Part shown: positions 54,788 through 63,972 of the stretch, in pieces | Layout of the letters: every line of letters starts with the position of its first letter | Position numbering within the stretch: position 1 is the stretch's first letter | Virus record (IMG/VR): IMGVR_UViG_3300011337_000358 | Reading direction: 5' to 3' (one strand) | DNA from: a virus | Lineage: Duplodnaviria; Heunggongvirae; Uroviricota; Caudoviricetes | DNA length: 64,000 nucleotides | Notes under the pieces: generated by a model | Databases searched by the model: none | Told to the model about the DNA's origin: nothing | The model's input: the letters and a program-made list of their open reading frames with translations, nothing else | Program-made: the position numbers and the translations under genes

Positions 54788-55753
54788 ATGAGACTGCTGT
54801 TAATAGCGGTTTGTTTATTCTTTACAAATGCATTTGCTGGTGACTATACTAGAGTGGTAGGGCACGGGCCTAACATTGAGACTGCAAAAGAAAATGCATT
54901 TCGTGAAGCAATAATGATTCGTGTAGGTACCGTTGTACTTAGTGAGCGTGAATCTACTATAAACAATCTAAAACGTGATGACATTTCTGTGTACAGCGCC
55001 GGCTATGTTAATGATTACAAAATCATTTCAGTAGAAAGATATGGATCAACAGTTAAAGTAACAGTTGATGTGTTAGTTGCTGATAGTAAACTTGTCAATC
55101 AACGATTAAATTCAGGTACTACAATTAATACTATCAACGGTGATAATGCATTTACCAATTACAAAACCTTTATTGACCAAAAACTTAAAGCTGATAGATT
55201 AATCAAATCAGTCTTATCATCCTATCCCAACAATGCTTATATAGTAGAGCAATCACCTTATCAAATAGGTGTTGATTCTTTTCGCAATGCTATACTAACA
55301 GTTCAATATAAGTTAAAGTGGAACTATGATTATATCATTGCCTTTAATGAATTAATGTCATTAGTAGAAGATAGTAAGTATGGCATGCTAGAACATGCAC
55401 CTAGTAATGTCATCATTCTAGGTAAAAATCCCAAAGATTTTGTTTTAGGTGAAAAGAAGCATTATAAATTTAGTGATATCCTTTTGTTAGATAGAATTAA
55501 AGACTCAATGACATACGGGAGAGAAGTAAAGTTAAAATTGTCAATGAGTGATATTAATTTTAACAATTTAATTTCTCAATGTTTTAACGTGAACAAAACT
55601 TATTTTTCAGTTGGCAATCCTAGAAGTCTGGTGTTATACGGGAATACTAAAGAAGAAGGGGTATTGCAATTACGTATCCCAGTAGAGTATAATAACGTTA
55701 TACAACGAGCAAGCAACATACAAGTATCGGTTGTTCCATACAATCAATGTTAA
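54788..55753 (+). CDS. Secreted protein (signal peptide)
   Basis: 'MRLLLIAVCLFFTNAFA'. Confidence 0.55.
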   Translation: MRLLLIAVCLFFTNAFAGDYTRVVGHGPNIETAKENAFREAIMIRVGTVVLSERESTINNLKRDDISVYSAGYVNDYKIISVERYGSTVKVTVDVLVADSKLVNQRLNSGTTINTINGDNAFTNYKTFIDQKLKADRLIKSVLSSYPNNAYIVEQSPYQIGVDSFRNAILTVQYKLKWNYDYIIAFNELMSLVEDSKYGMLEHAPSNVIILGKNPKDFVLGEKKHYKFSDILLLDRIKDSMTYGREVKLKLSMSDINFNNLISQCFNVNKTYFSVGNPRSLVLYGNTKEEGVLQLRIPVEYNNVIQRASNIQVSVVPYNQC

Positions 55754-55789
55754 AAAATATTAGTGAAAATAAAAACGATAAATTAAAGT

Positions 55790-56995
55790 ATGACCTCTGA
55801 ATCTAAACTAAACCATTGTTCCTTTTGTGGCAATCACAAAGATAAAGTTACTAAACTTATCGTAAGCGAAGATGTTGCTATTTGTAGTGACTGTATTGAA
55901 TTATGCAACCAATTAGTTATTGATGAACTTGTAACCAGTGAATCGGCTAATGTAAAAGAAAACACCATTAATGACCCTCATTTAATTAAAGAGTACCTGG
56001 ATGAGCATGTAATTGGACAAGATTCTGCTAAAACAGTACTGAGTGTGGCTATTGCTAATCATTATAAACGCATTACCTATCCACCAAAAGACTTAGAAAT
56101 TTCTAAAGGTAATGTCTTAATTATTGGGCCTACTGGATCAGGTAAAACACTATTAGCTAAAACAGTAGCAAAATACTTAAATGTACCTTTCATTGTTGCT
56201 GATGCTACTAGTTTAACTGAAGCAGGGTATGTGGGTGATGATGTTGAATCAATGATTAGTATGCTTGTTAATGCCGCAGGTGGAGATCCTAAACTAGCAG
56301 AACGTGGTATTGTGTTTGTTGATGAAATTGATAAGATTGCACGTAAGAGTGAGGGTACTAGTATTACCCGTGACGTATCAGGTGAGGGTGTTCAACAGGC
56401 GTTATTGAAATTAGTTGAAGGCACCGTGTGTCGTATTCCAGCTAGTGGCGGACGCAAACATCCCGGTGGTGATATGCTAGAAATTAATACAAAAAATATA
56501 TTGTTCATTGCAGGTGGGGCATTTGTTGGATTAAAAGAAATTATTTCTAATCGTAAAAACGGTACCAGTATTGGATTTGGGGCAAATATTAAAGAAAATA
56601 AAAAAGAAGGTGAACTAAGCCAAGTAACTCCTGACGATTTGACTAAGTTTGGTATGATTCCTGAGTTTATCGGCCGCTTTACTACTACAGTTAGCATTGG
56701 TGAATTGGGGAAAGATGAGTTAAAACAAATATTAACTTCCGTTAAAAACAATTACATCAAGCAATATCAATATCTATTAAGTATTGATGGTATTGAATTG
56801 AACTTTGAAGATGGTGCTTTGAATCAAATTGTAGATAATTGCTTGAAATTAAAGACCGGAGCACGTGGATTACATACTGAAATTGAACGTGTATTGATGC
56901 CACATATGTTTAATGTCAACAAGTATAAGGAAAATAACGTAAAAGTGATAAATATAAGTCAGGACGCAGTTATAGAACCAAAAATTATGTTATGA
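55790..56995 (+). CDS. clpX: ClpX ATP-dependent protease unfoldase subunit
   Basis: N-terminal C4 zinc-binding domain 'CSFCGN…CSDCIELC'. Walker A '[11 protein letters not shown]'. Length 401 aa. Confidence 0.9.
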   Translation: MTSESKLNHCSFCGNHKDKVTKLIVSEDVAICSDCIELCNQLVIDELVTSESANVKENTINDPHLIKEYLDEHVIGQDSAKTVLSVAIANHYKRITYPPKDLEISKGNVLIIGPTGSGKTLLAKTVAKYLNVPFIVADATSLTEAGYVGDDVESMISMLVNAAGGDPKLAERGIVFVDEIDKIARKSEGTSITRDVSGEGVQQALLKLVEGTVCRIPASGGRKHPGGDMLEINTKNILFIAGGAFVGLKEIISNRKNGTSIGFGANIKENKKEGELSQVTPDDLTKFGMIPEFIGRFTTTVSIGELGKDELKQILTSVKNNYIKQYQYLLSIDGIELNFEDGALNQIVDNCLKLKTGARGLHTEIERVLMPHMFNVNKYKENNVKVINISQDAVIEPKIML

Positions 56996-57213
56996 GTATT
57001 AAAGGAAGACGAGTTATTGTACAAGACGGGAATTTTGAAAAAGCATTACGCAAATTCAAAAAGAAGATATCCGACCTGGATTTATTACAAGAAGTTCGTG
57101 ACCGTCAACAATATGTTAAACCTACTGTTAAACGCAAACTAGCAAAAAGCCAAGCTAAACGTAGATGGCAAAAATATCTACGTGACCAAAGTCTACCCAA
57201 GAAACTTTTTTAA
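56992..57213 (+). CDS. rpsU: Ribosomal protein bS21 (RpsU) homolog
   Basis: '[41 protein letters not shown]' matches E. coli S21 '[41 protein letters not shown]'. Length 73 aa. Confidence 0.85.
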   Translation: MSIKGRRVIVQDGNFEKALRKFKKKISDLDLLQEVRDRQQYVKPTVKRKLAKSQAKRRWQKYLRDQSLPKKLF

Positions 57214-57261
57214 CCTAAATATTATAATTTATTGCGTATTAGTAGTATAATAAATACATAC

Positions 57262-57313
57262 GTAGATGCCGATAATCGGGTCTACATATAGTCATCTTGC
57301 TTAATAAAGGAGA
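57262..57313 (+). promoter_or_regulatory. Candidate ROSE-like RNA thermometer in the Hsp20 5'UTR
   Basis: Nested hairpin 'GTAGATGCCGATAATCGGGTCTAC' followed by 'UUGCU' (57297-57301) positioned to pair with SD 'AGGAG' (57308-57312), with the G·G mismatch typical of ROSE elements. Confidence 0.4.
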
Positions 57314-57319
57314 AAACAA

Positions 57320-57772
57320 ATGACAAAAACTTTAACCCTTCGTTCCCTCGACATTCCGTCGCTTCATAAATTTGGTATCGGTTTCGATTCAATGTTTGAT
57401 GAATTGCACAGAATTCATTCTCAACAATCCAACACAAACTATCCCCCATATAACATAGTCCAAATTAATGAGGACGAGTATATGATTAGTGTAGCTGTAG
57501 CTGGATTTGGTCTTGATAATCTTTCAATAACAAAAGACAAAAACTTTTTGATTATTGAAGGGAAGGAATATCAATCTGATAGCGAAGAAATCATACCAAA
57601 CTATCTACACAAAGGTATTAGCAACAGAGACTTCCGTCGTGAATTCAAACTTGCAGACCACGTAGAGATAGTGGATGCAAATTTAGAATTGGGTATCCTC
57701 AACGTTCATTTAAAACGTGAAGTTCCTGAAGAACAAAAGCCCAAGTCTATTGCAATTACTTATACTAAGTGA
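57320..57772 (+). CDS. Small heat-shock protein Hsp20/alpha-crystallin family (IbpA-like)
   Basis: 'FRREFKLADHVEIVDANLELGILNVHLKRE' is the alpha-crystallin domain C-terminal block. Confidence 0.85.
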   Translation: MTKTLTLRSLDIPSLHKFGIGFDSMFDELHRIHSQQSNTNYPPYNIVQINEDEYMISVAVAGFGLDNLSITKDKNFLIIEGKEYQSDSEEIIPNYLHKGISNRDFRREFKLADHVEIVDANLELGILNVHLKREVPEEQKPKSIAITYTK

Positions 57773-57795
57773 TATAATAGAATTTCAATAAATAA

Positions 57796-57817
57796 GTGTG
57801 CGGGGTAACTCGCACAC
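57796..57817 (+). promoter_or_regulatory. Stem-loop (GTGTGCG-N8-CGCACAC) in the clpS leader, after a TGATATAAT extended -10
   Basis: 7-bp perfect inverted repeat. Confidence 0.35.
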
Positions 57818-57832
57818 AACTTAAATAAAATT

Positions 57833-58138
57833 ATGTCCAAAACTGATACTAAAGTAAAAATCAAACCTAATCTCGCTTTAAGAGAGCCGCCCTTGTTTAA
57901 AATCATTTATTTCAATGATGATGTTACAAGTCTGGAATTTGTTGTGGGAAGTTTAATTGATTATTTTAATTATAATCAGGATACTGCTACTTCTATTAGT
58001 GAAAATATTCATCATCAAGGAAGTGCTGTGGTTGCAGTACTACCTTATGAAATTGCAGAGCAAAAAGGCATCGAAGTTACACTAGAAGCTAGAAGCCAAG
58101 GTTACCCGCTTCAAGTTAAGATTGAAGCTGAAGTTTAA
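57833..58138 (+). CDS. clpS: ClpS adaptor protein
   Basis: 'PLFKIIYFNDDVTSLEFVVGSL' matches E. coli ClpS '[23 protein letters not shown]'. Confidence 0.85.
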   Translation: MSKTDTKVKIKPNLALREPPLFKIIYFNDDVTSLEFVVGSLIDYFNYNQDTATSISENIHHQGSAVVAVLPYEIAEQKGIEVTLEARSQGYPLQVKIEAEV

Positions 58139-58836
58139 ATAGTTATTTCAATTCGTTTAGCCCAATAAGGGTTTCGATTGTAATATGAATTGTTGATGTA
58201 GTTGATACCATTAATAGTGGTATCAACTACTTTTCCATATGTGCCATAGACCCAATTAGTTACTTTACTTTCGGTATCATATGTTAAAGTAATTCCCAAA
58301 CTTAGTTGATTTTTTACTGATTCCGGTTGTTCTTTAAAATACAAATCTACACTAGGCACAGAGTTAGATACTAATATAATTTTTTTAACATCTAAGTGTT
58401 TTTGTAATCGTTCAACCGTATTTTTAAGATATAGTATATCTTCATTCCTGTGTTGTTCAATTAATGCTTCTGTCGTTGCATCAGATGGTATAGTATTTCC
58501 GTACCATCCATTTGCTCCAGCTAATGCAATGCCATCAACAATTACCACATGATGGTGCATCACTGCAACATTTTTTATGGTTTGACATAGTTTATGAATT
58601 TCGTTGGTTCGTGCTTCTATATCAGACGTTTGATGATATTCAGTAGAACCTAAGGTATAGAAAATACCCTGATAAAACCTAGACAGATGCAATAGAGTTT
58701 GCCTAATTGTGCGTAAATCACTACTAATATTACCTGCAATAATGAGGTATAAACTAGTTGCTTTGCCTTCCCAATTAAAACTACTTTCGGGTGACAAATT
58801 TAAGTCACTGATTACGTCAAACCCTATTGTTGTCAT
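58135..58836 (-). CDS. Hypothetical protein, possibly a degenerate calcineurin-like metallophosphoesterase
   Basis: 'VISDLNL' (DxH-like with H→N), 'IIAGN', 'MHHHVVIVDG'. Weak. Confidence 0.35.
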   Translation of the reverse strand: MTTIGFDVISDLNLSPESSFNWEGKATSLYLIIAGNISSDLRTIRQTLLHLSRFYQGIFYTLGSTEYHQTSDIEARTNEIHKLCQTIKNVAVMHHHVVIVDGIALAGANGWYGNTIPSDATTEALIEQHRNEDILYLKNTVERLQKHLDVKKIILVSNSVPSVDLYFKEQPESVKNQLSLGITLTYDTESKVTNWVYGTYGKVVDTTINGINYINNSYYNRNPYWAKRIEITI

Positions 58837-58839
58837 CAG

Positions 58840-59094
58840 TTATTTTGCTACGCTAATTTTTGGCTTTCTTGGTGCCTTTGGCTTAGCAGGTGCTTTAGCT
58901 TTTGGGGCAGCCGGTCCTCGGGCGGCGGCTGTGCGAGCCGGAGCTTTTGGCTTAGCTGGTGCTTTTTCAGCAACCGGGGCAGGTGTTTCCACTTTTGCCG
59001 GTTCAACCGCTTTTGGTGCTTCTACTTTGTACGGGGCGGGCGCCTCGACTGGTTTAGCTGAAAAGCCAAATAAACGCTTGATAAAGTCTATCAT
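58840..59094 (-). CDS. Small basic Ala/Lys/Pro-rich histone-H1-tail-like protein
   Basis: 'APKAVEPAKVETPAPVAEKAPAKPKAPARTAAARGPAAPKAKAPAKPKAPRKPK'. Confidence 0.5.
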   Translation of the reverse strand: MIDFIKRLFGFSAKPVEAPAPYKVEAPKAVEPAKVETPAPVAEKAPAKPKAPARTAAARGPAAPKAKAPAKPKAPRKPKISVAK

Positions 59095-59175
59095 TTCTAT
59101 CTCCTAAACATATATTTACTCGGGTTTGAACCATAAACATTTTTTCCTTAAGTATATGAAGTTTCCAAAAGTTAA

Positions 59176-59685
59176 GTGTATCATAAATACATGATGTTCA
59201 GAAAAGCCAATCTTGCCGAACTTATGCGTGAGGAGTTGCCTCCGATAGCATACCAAAAACGCCTTTGTTACAGGACCGACCGTGACGAAGTTGTAATGCT
59301 TTATCGTCTAATTAATAAGACAATTTTTGACAACAAATTAAAGATGCCAGAGATTGAAGTTATGGCACGATGCCGTAAATATTGGGGAATGTGCTATGGG
59401 TCATACGAAACACCCACAAAAAACAAAAGCTCCTGCAAGATTAGAATGATGGACAAATGGTACTGTCGGCAATGGCTTATTACAGTATTAGCACACGAAA
59501 TGTGCCATCAATATCAATGGGATGTGCAGGGTATAGAACGTAGAAAGATCGGAAAAGATCCTATTATGAGTCATGGTCCTAGCTTCTTTGTATTCAGAGA
59601 TAAATTAAAGAAGAATGGAATCTCATTAAAAAGCGCACATGGCCGCAAACGTTGGTTCAAACATCAAAACTTCTTTAAGTGCTAA
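59176..59685 (+). CDS. SprT-like zinc metalloprotease domain protein
   Basis: 'VLAHEMCHQYQW' matches the SprT 'HEMCH' signature. Confidence 0.6.
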   Translation: MYHKYMMFRKANLAELMREELPPIAYQKRLCYRTDRDEVVMLYRLINKTIFDNKLKMPEIEVMARCRKYWGMCYGSYETPTKNKSSCKIRMMDKWYCRQWLITVLAHEMCHQYQWDVQGIERRKIGKDPIMSHGPSFFVFRDKLKKNGISLKSAHGRKRWFKHQNFFKC

Positions 59686-59689
59686 CATT

Positions 59690-59697
59690 GATAAATA
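59690..59697 (+). promoter_or_regulatory. T4 late-promoter-like motif 'GATAAATA' ~20 nt upstream of the capsid-targeted protein gene
   Basis: 7/8 match to TATAAATA. Same motif in front of the minus-strand capsid-targeted operon. Confidence 0.4.
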
Positions 59698-59715
59698 CTT
59701 CATAGGTATATTATT

Positions 59716-61140
59716 ATGAGAGCACTAGAATTTTTAACTGAAGCCCCACTTACACCAGGAAACTTATTTGACCCTCGTCACTTAAACTGGAGACCACAAA
59801 ACTTTCTTAAAAAGTTAGAAGCAGGGACACCGTTCGTAGATAAATCCGGTAATAAGTATTACCCGGAAGATGGAGAATTTGAAAGAATTACTCCTATCGT
59901 TACTCAAATATTACAACAGTTAGAAAAACAACCTAACGCCCCTCTACCAAGTATCAGCATCAATATGAAAGATGTTGGTCCTGTTTCATTGAGCAAATTA
60001 GAAAAAGCAGATTTGCAAACAGCAGGTGGACAGTTTACTAGTGACGTTAATGTACAACCATTAGGTATTGGTATTGCGGCTGATCCTATCAATAAACCCG
60101 GCACAAAGCCTGCTGATAAAATAACAATGACAACTGATGAAGAAATTCAGGCTGCATTGGACAAACATCAAGAAATTAAAGCTGGTCAATTGTATGAGGT
60201 TATCATGTCTAATAAGACACTTGACCAAGCAGGAGAGTTGGGTAAAGCAATCAAGCAAGCCGCAACTGAAATGAATAATAATCAAGTACCTATTATTAAA
60301 CAGTATGCGGAATCAGTACAAAAGAAAATCGCAATTGATGCAGGTGAATATTTAGGTGTATTGGCAATGGTCAAAGATGTTGCTGACTTTCCCAAAAAAG
60401 CCGCATTCTTAAACTTTCTACGTGCAAATGATTTTGAAAATTTATCAATTATTTTTCCCGGAGAACAGAACTCTCCATTAGGTGACAGTTACGGTGTACA
60501 AAATGCAGAAACTGGTCATAATATTGTTATCAGTAGCAAAGGTGGTAAGGGTAGTACGGCATCTGGCGCCGCCCCTAGCCTAGGAGGTTTAAAGACTTCT
60601 GTTGACAAACGTGCATCGAAGATTAGAAAAGGTAACGGACTCGATTTTATTAATCATATTATTCAAGTTAGTCCAACTTCAGCGCAAGGCTTTGCAGGTA
60701 TTAATTGGATTGCAAATAATTATCCAGAATCAGTGCCAGACAAATATAAAAATTTAGTTCCATTCTACAGCGAAGATGTGAAACAAATATTGAAAAACAT
60801 TCGCACAAAGGGCGCAGAACCTATTCCAGAAAAGTTCTTATCATTAATCAGTGCTCCTAGTATTCAAGCAAGTAAAGGTACTGATGGTGGTAAGTTAGTA
60901 TATGTTGTAACTAAAGATTTGGTGAGTGCCATCAATGCAGGTATCATTAAAAACTTTAGAACTACTGTGTTAGAACTATTAGATGAGAACTTTGTTCAAA
61001 TCTTCTCACGCATTATTGGTGGCAAACTTGTTACCAAAGTATTGTGGCCAGGTAAAGTTGATGGCAATGTATCGTTGCATACTAAGATTTCTCCGGGAGA
61101 TCCAGGTGGTGCAGGATTAAGTTTCAAGGTTACCGATTAA
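59716..61140 (+). CDS. Internal-protein-like protein (474 aa) with capsid-targeting N-terminus
   Basis: N-terminus 'MRALEFLTE|A', paralogous to the minus-strand block N-termini. Upstream 'GATAAATA' at 59690-59697 is late-promoter-like. Confidence 0.55.
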   Translation: MRALEFLTEAPLTPGNLFDPRHLNWRPQNFLKKLEAGTPFVDKSGNKYYPEDGEFERITPIVTQILQQLEKQPNAPLPSISINMKDVGPVSLSKLEKADLQTAGGQFTSDVNVQPLGIGIAADPINKPGTKPADKITMTTDEEIQAALDKHQEIKAGQLYEVIMSNKTLDQAGELGKAIKQAATEMNNNQVPIIKQYAESVQKKIAIDAGEYLGVLAMVKDVADFPKKAAFLNFLRANDFENLSIIFPGEQNSPLGDSYGVQNAETGHNIVISSKGGKGSTASGAAPSLGGLKTSVDKRASKIRKGNGLDFINHIIQVSPTSAQGFAGINWIANNYPESVPDKYKNLVPFYSEDVKQILKNIRTKGAEPIPEKFLSLISAPSIQASKGTDGGKLVYVVTKDLVSAINAGIIKNFRTTVLELLDENFVQIFSRIIGGKLVTKVLWPGKVDGNVSLHTKISPGDPGGAGLSFKVTD

Positions 61141-61152
61141 CACTAAAATCAA

Positions 61153-61181
61153 TTGACTTTGACATAAACTTCCGTTATAAT
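61153..61181 (+). promoter_or_regulatory. Promoter TTGACT-17-TATAAT for clpP
   Basis: Hexamers. Confidence 0.6.
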
Positions 61182-61209
61182 AGTGGAAACATTTATATAA
61201 AGGAAGTTT

Positions 61210-61797
61210 ATGTCTCTAGTCCCAATGGTTCTTGAACAAACAGCAAAAGGTGAGCGTAGCTATGATATCTACAGCCGCCTATTACGTGACCGTGTTATTT
61301 TACTTGAAGGTGAAGTGCATGACCAAATGGCAAATCTTATCGTTGCCCAATTGCTTTACTTAGAAAGTGAAAGCGACAAAGATATCTCAATGTACATCAA
61401 TAGCCCAGGTGGTAGTGTGACTGCTGGTATGGCAATATATGATTGTATGCAATTTGTTAAACCTGACATTCACACTATTGTAATGGGTCAAGCCTGTTCA
61501 ATGGGGTCATTACTTGCACAAGCAGGCAGTGCAGGCAAACGATTTATGTTGCCCAATGCACGACATATGATTCACCAACCAAGTGGTGGCGCACGTGGTA
61601 TGCAAAGTGACATTGAAATCAGTTACAAAGAAATCACATACTTGAAAAAACGTCTAACTGAAATTTATGTTAAGCATAACTCAGCCGGCAAATCATACGA
61701 AGATTTTGAACGTGACATGGATCGTGATAAGTTTATGAGTGCTGAGGAAGCTTTGGCCTACGGACTTATTGACAAGATTGTTGAAAAGCGCCAGTGA
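61210..61797 (+). CDS. clpP: ClpP protease proteolytic subunit
   Basis: '[17 protein letters not shown]', catalytic Ser '[10 protein letters not shown]', His 'MIHQPSGG'. Promoter TTGACT-17-TATAAT at 61153-61181. Confidence 0.9.
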   Translation: MSLVPMVLEQTAKGERSYDIYSRLLRDRVILLEGEVHDQMANLIVAQLLYLESESDKDISMYINSPGGSVTAGMAIYDCMQFVKPDIHTIVMGQACSMGSLLAQAGSAGKRFMLPNARHMIHQPSGGARGMQSDIEISYKEITYLKKRLTEIYVKHNSAGKSYEDFERDMDRDKFMSAEEALAYGLIDKIVEKRQ

Positions 61798-62465
61798 TTA
61801 AATTTATCCCCGTACCTGTAAATGAGCATGATGCAATATTGGGTAGTAACTTTAATCAATTATTTGCCCAAGAAATGCAGTCATACTATTCACCTTTCGT
61901 TGCCAAGAACAGAGATATTCAGGTAGCAAAAGAGACATGGGAGTATGCTGTTGCTGATAGCATACTTAACTCTGAGTGGTGCGGGGCAGGAAAAAACGTA
62001 GTAGATGTTAAAGCACCTATAGCAGACCTAGATGTTAAGGGTATTAGTATCGGGGTGATTACTGACAGCCAAACGACAGAAGCCAGTTTCTTACAGAATA
62101 ACAAACAAGAAAACGATGGTTTTAGTAAATTGTTTGAGAACAAAGATTTTTTAGCATTAAAGCAAATGTTTGTCGATCCAATGGATGACAAAATAAAGGG
62201 CACTAACAATTTACATTTGCTTAGTATCATCAGAGAAAAATCCACTAGGAAAGTATATTATTGTTTACTTAAGGTGGAATCCAGCACAATATCCGATATT
62301 GATTTTCTATCACAAATGACTATCGATGGAAAACGTAGCGTGACATTACCTATGATCGATCCTACACACGGAAAAACATACATCTACATAGCCAAACGAA
62401 GACTGGAAATTCGGTTGAACGGGGAGGGCCTGACACCGTTCTTGGTCTATTCCCATAGCTACTGA
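61794..62465 (+). CDS. Hypothetical protein
   Basis: ORF coupled to clpP. Confidence 0.5.
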   Translation: MIKFIPVPVNEHDAILGSNFNQLFAQEMQSYYSPFVAKNRDIQVAKETWEYAVADSILNSEWCGAGKNVVDVKAPIADLDVKGISIGVITDSQTTEASFLQNNKQENDGFSKLFENKDFLALKQMFVDPMDDKIKGTNNLHLLSIIREKSTRKVYYCLLKVESSTISDIDFLSQMTIDGKRSVTLPMIDPTHGKTYIYIAKRRLEIRLNGEGLTPFLVYSHSY

Positions 62466-62467
62466 CG

Positions 62468-62496
62468 GTTGACAATAAATGGATTTGGGTTTATAA
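62468..62496 (+). promoter_or_regulatory. Promoter cassette copy 4
   Basis: 'TTGACAATAAATGGATTTGGGTTTATAAT'. Confidence 0.7.
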
Positions 62497-62528
62497 TACA
62501 TGTATTGAATCGATAAAAGGAGCTAGTA

Positions 62529-62816
62529 ATGAGTAACGTAGATTTTGACATTCGTGTAGCAGTCGGTAACGATATGCAACAAAAACGTGAAATTCGTATG
62601 TATGGTTGCACAGAAGCCCAAATGCGTGAGGCTGTAGAACAAAGTCTTACTTTACGTCATTCAGGTCCTGCAATGATGGCCGCTAGTCTCATGTCCGATG
62701 CCCAAGAGATGATTAACACCGAATACGGTGACATTGACTACATGCGAGCCGAGGACGCCCGTCAATGTCTGAACCGTGCTAAGTGGATCCTGTTTGAGTA
62801 TTGCGATAAAAAGTAA
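62529..62816 (+). CDS. Hypothetical small protein (promoter-cassette gene)
   Basis: Cassette promoter at 62468-62496; RBS AAAGGAG. Confidence 0.55.
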   Translation: MSNVDFDIRVAVGNDMQQKREIRMYGCTEAQMREAVEQSLTLRHSGPAMMAASLMSDAQEMINTEYGDIDYMRAEDARQCLNRAKWILFEYCDKK

Positions 62817-62840
62817 TACTTAGTACTACATATCCAAAAT

Positions 62841-62869
62841 TTGACAATAAATGGCTTTGGGTATATAAT
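62841..62869 (+). promoter_or_regulatory. Promoter cassette copy 5 with conserved UTR 'AGAATCTTAGACAGTAAAGAAAAGGA'
   Basis: Consensus. Confidence 0.7.
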
Positions 62870-62902
62870 AGAATCTTAGACAGTAAAGAAAAGGAACACA
62901 AA

Positions 62903-63394
62903 ATGAATTGCAACCCCACTCTGACAGCCGATGAATTCAAGACCATTCACAATGCATTGTGTGAATTGGATTATGTCAAGCGAAGATTGGAAGATATCCT
63001 GAGCAAGGATCTATACATTAAATTGGTTAAAGCCTCTAATGATATCCGTAAGGGTCTGGAAGGTGCTTACGAGCAGGACAGCAAGGCTTTTGATACTAAG
63101 ATGGACTATTACGATAGCGTCCGTAAAGAACTTGGTTTGAGTGCTACTTGGTCTATGTACGAGGTTGACAATCTTAGCGACCGTCATCCGTTTGAAGGTG
63201 TGACAAAAGTGGTATATCGTGCTTATGGCTCCGGCGATCATGAGGTTGCTATCAATGGTGCTACTTGGGCGGCATTGTATGTTGCGGCCAATGCACTTAT
63301 CCGCGATAGCGGTGACGATCACCATTCATTCATTGAGGGTTTTACTCAGTCCTCTATTGACCCCACAATTCTTTTCTTGTCAACTGGATCCTAA
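62903..63394 (+). CDS. Hypothetical protein (promoter-cassette gene)
   Basis: Cassette promoter at 62841-62869 plus the conserved UTR. Confidence 0.55.
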   Translation: MNCNPTLTADEFKTIHNALCELDYVKRRLEDILSKDLYIKLVKASNDIRKGLEGAYEQDSKAFDTKMDYYDSVRKELGLSATWSMYEVDNLSDRHPFEGVTKVVYRAYGSGDHEVAINGATWAALYVAANALIRDSGDDHHSFIEGFTQSSIDPTILFLSTGS

Positions 63395-63395
63395 A

Positions 63396-63617
63396 ATGAC
63401 TAAATTTGAAAACCTCCAAGAATTGGTATCTTTGCTTAACGAAGCACAGGATATGATTGAAGAAATTTTTGGTGATGCTGACGAGGCTTTTGACATGTCC
63501 ATCAACCTTAGCAATGTCATCTCTGATGCGGAAAACTTGATGGAATTCCAAGAGTTTGTCGATAACCAAAACTTGACAATAAATGGTGTTTCTGTTACAA
63601 TAGAATCTAGACAGTAA
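63396..63617 (+). CDS. Hypothetical small acidic protein
   Basis: ATG at 63396 directly follows the upstream stop. Confidence 0.45.
   Translation: MTKFENLQELVSLLNEAQDMIEEIFGDADEAFDMSINLSNVISDAENLMEFQEFVDNQNLTINGVSVTIESRQ
63574..63602 (+). promoter_or_regulatory. Promoter cassette copy 6 (TTGACA-17-TACAAT) with conserved UTR
   Basis: Consensus. Confidence 0.65.
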
Positions 63618-63632
63618 AGAAAAGGACTTGAA

Positions 63633-63905
63633 ATGCGTACAAAAACTATCATCGAAGGTTTCAAAAATTCACAAAAATTCCGTGTAATTTTTAAGGGTGA
63701 CGGATCCGAAAACGATATCGGCATGTACTTGACCATCAAGCAAATGTCCGAGCAATTTGCTACTGTTAACGCTAGGGCTACTTGCTGGGATGCTATGATT
63801 AAATTGTCATACCTGCGTTATGAGGCCAAGCGCAAAAACGAGACAGTCCCAACAGGTCTAGGCACTACGATCCGCAACAAACAAGTCCAAGTTGACTTGG
63901 TGTAA
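63633..63905 (+). CDS. Hypothetical small protein, 'MRTKTIIEGF' family (promoter-cassette gene)
   Basis: Cassette promoter at 63574-63602. Confidence 0.55.
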   Translation: MRTKTIIEGFKNSQKFRVIFKGDGSENDIGMYLTIKQMSEQFATVNARATCWDAMIKLSYLRYEAKRKNETVPTGLGTTIRNKQVQVDLV

Positions 63906-63909
63906 AAGG

Positions 63910-63938
63910 TTGACAATAAATGGATTTGGGTATATAAT
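63910..63938 (+). promoter_or_regulatory. Promoter cassette copy 7, UTR subtype 2
   Basis: Consensus. Confidence 0.7.
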
Positions 63939-63972
63939 AGAGTCTTAGATAGTTAAACAACGGAGCAAACAA

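Noticed and set aside
58135-58836. Confident metallophosphoesterase call
   Set aside because: Motifs are degenerate (DxH→DLN, GD→GN). It is left as a weak possibility.
3896-63739. Numerous antisense or nested ORFs in the six-frame track (e.g. 3896-4156-, 4568-4807-, 8575-8850-, 9033-9284-, 10543-10836-, 22406-22729-, 41130-41402-, 45449-45946-, 47302-47769-, 56392-56751-, 58709-59107+, 61919-62245-, 63380-63739-)
   Set aside because: They lie wholly inside better-supported genes on the opposite strand or in another frame, lack RBS or promoters, and often translate low-complexity DNA (e.g. GA-rich).
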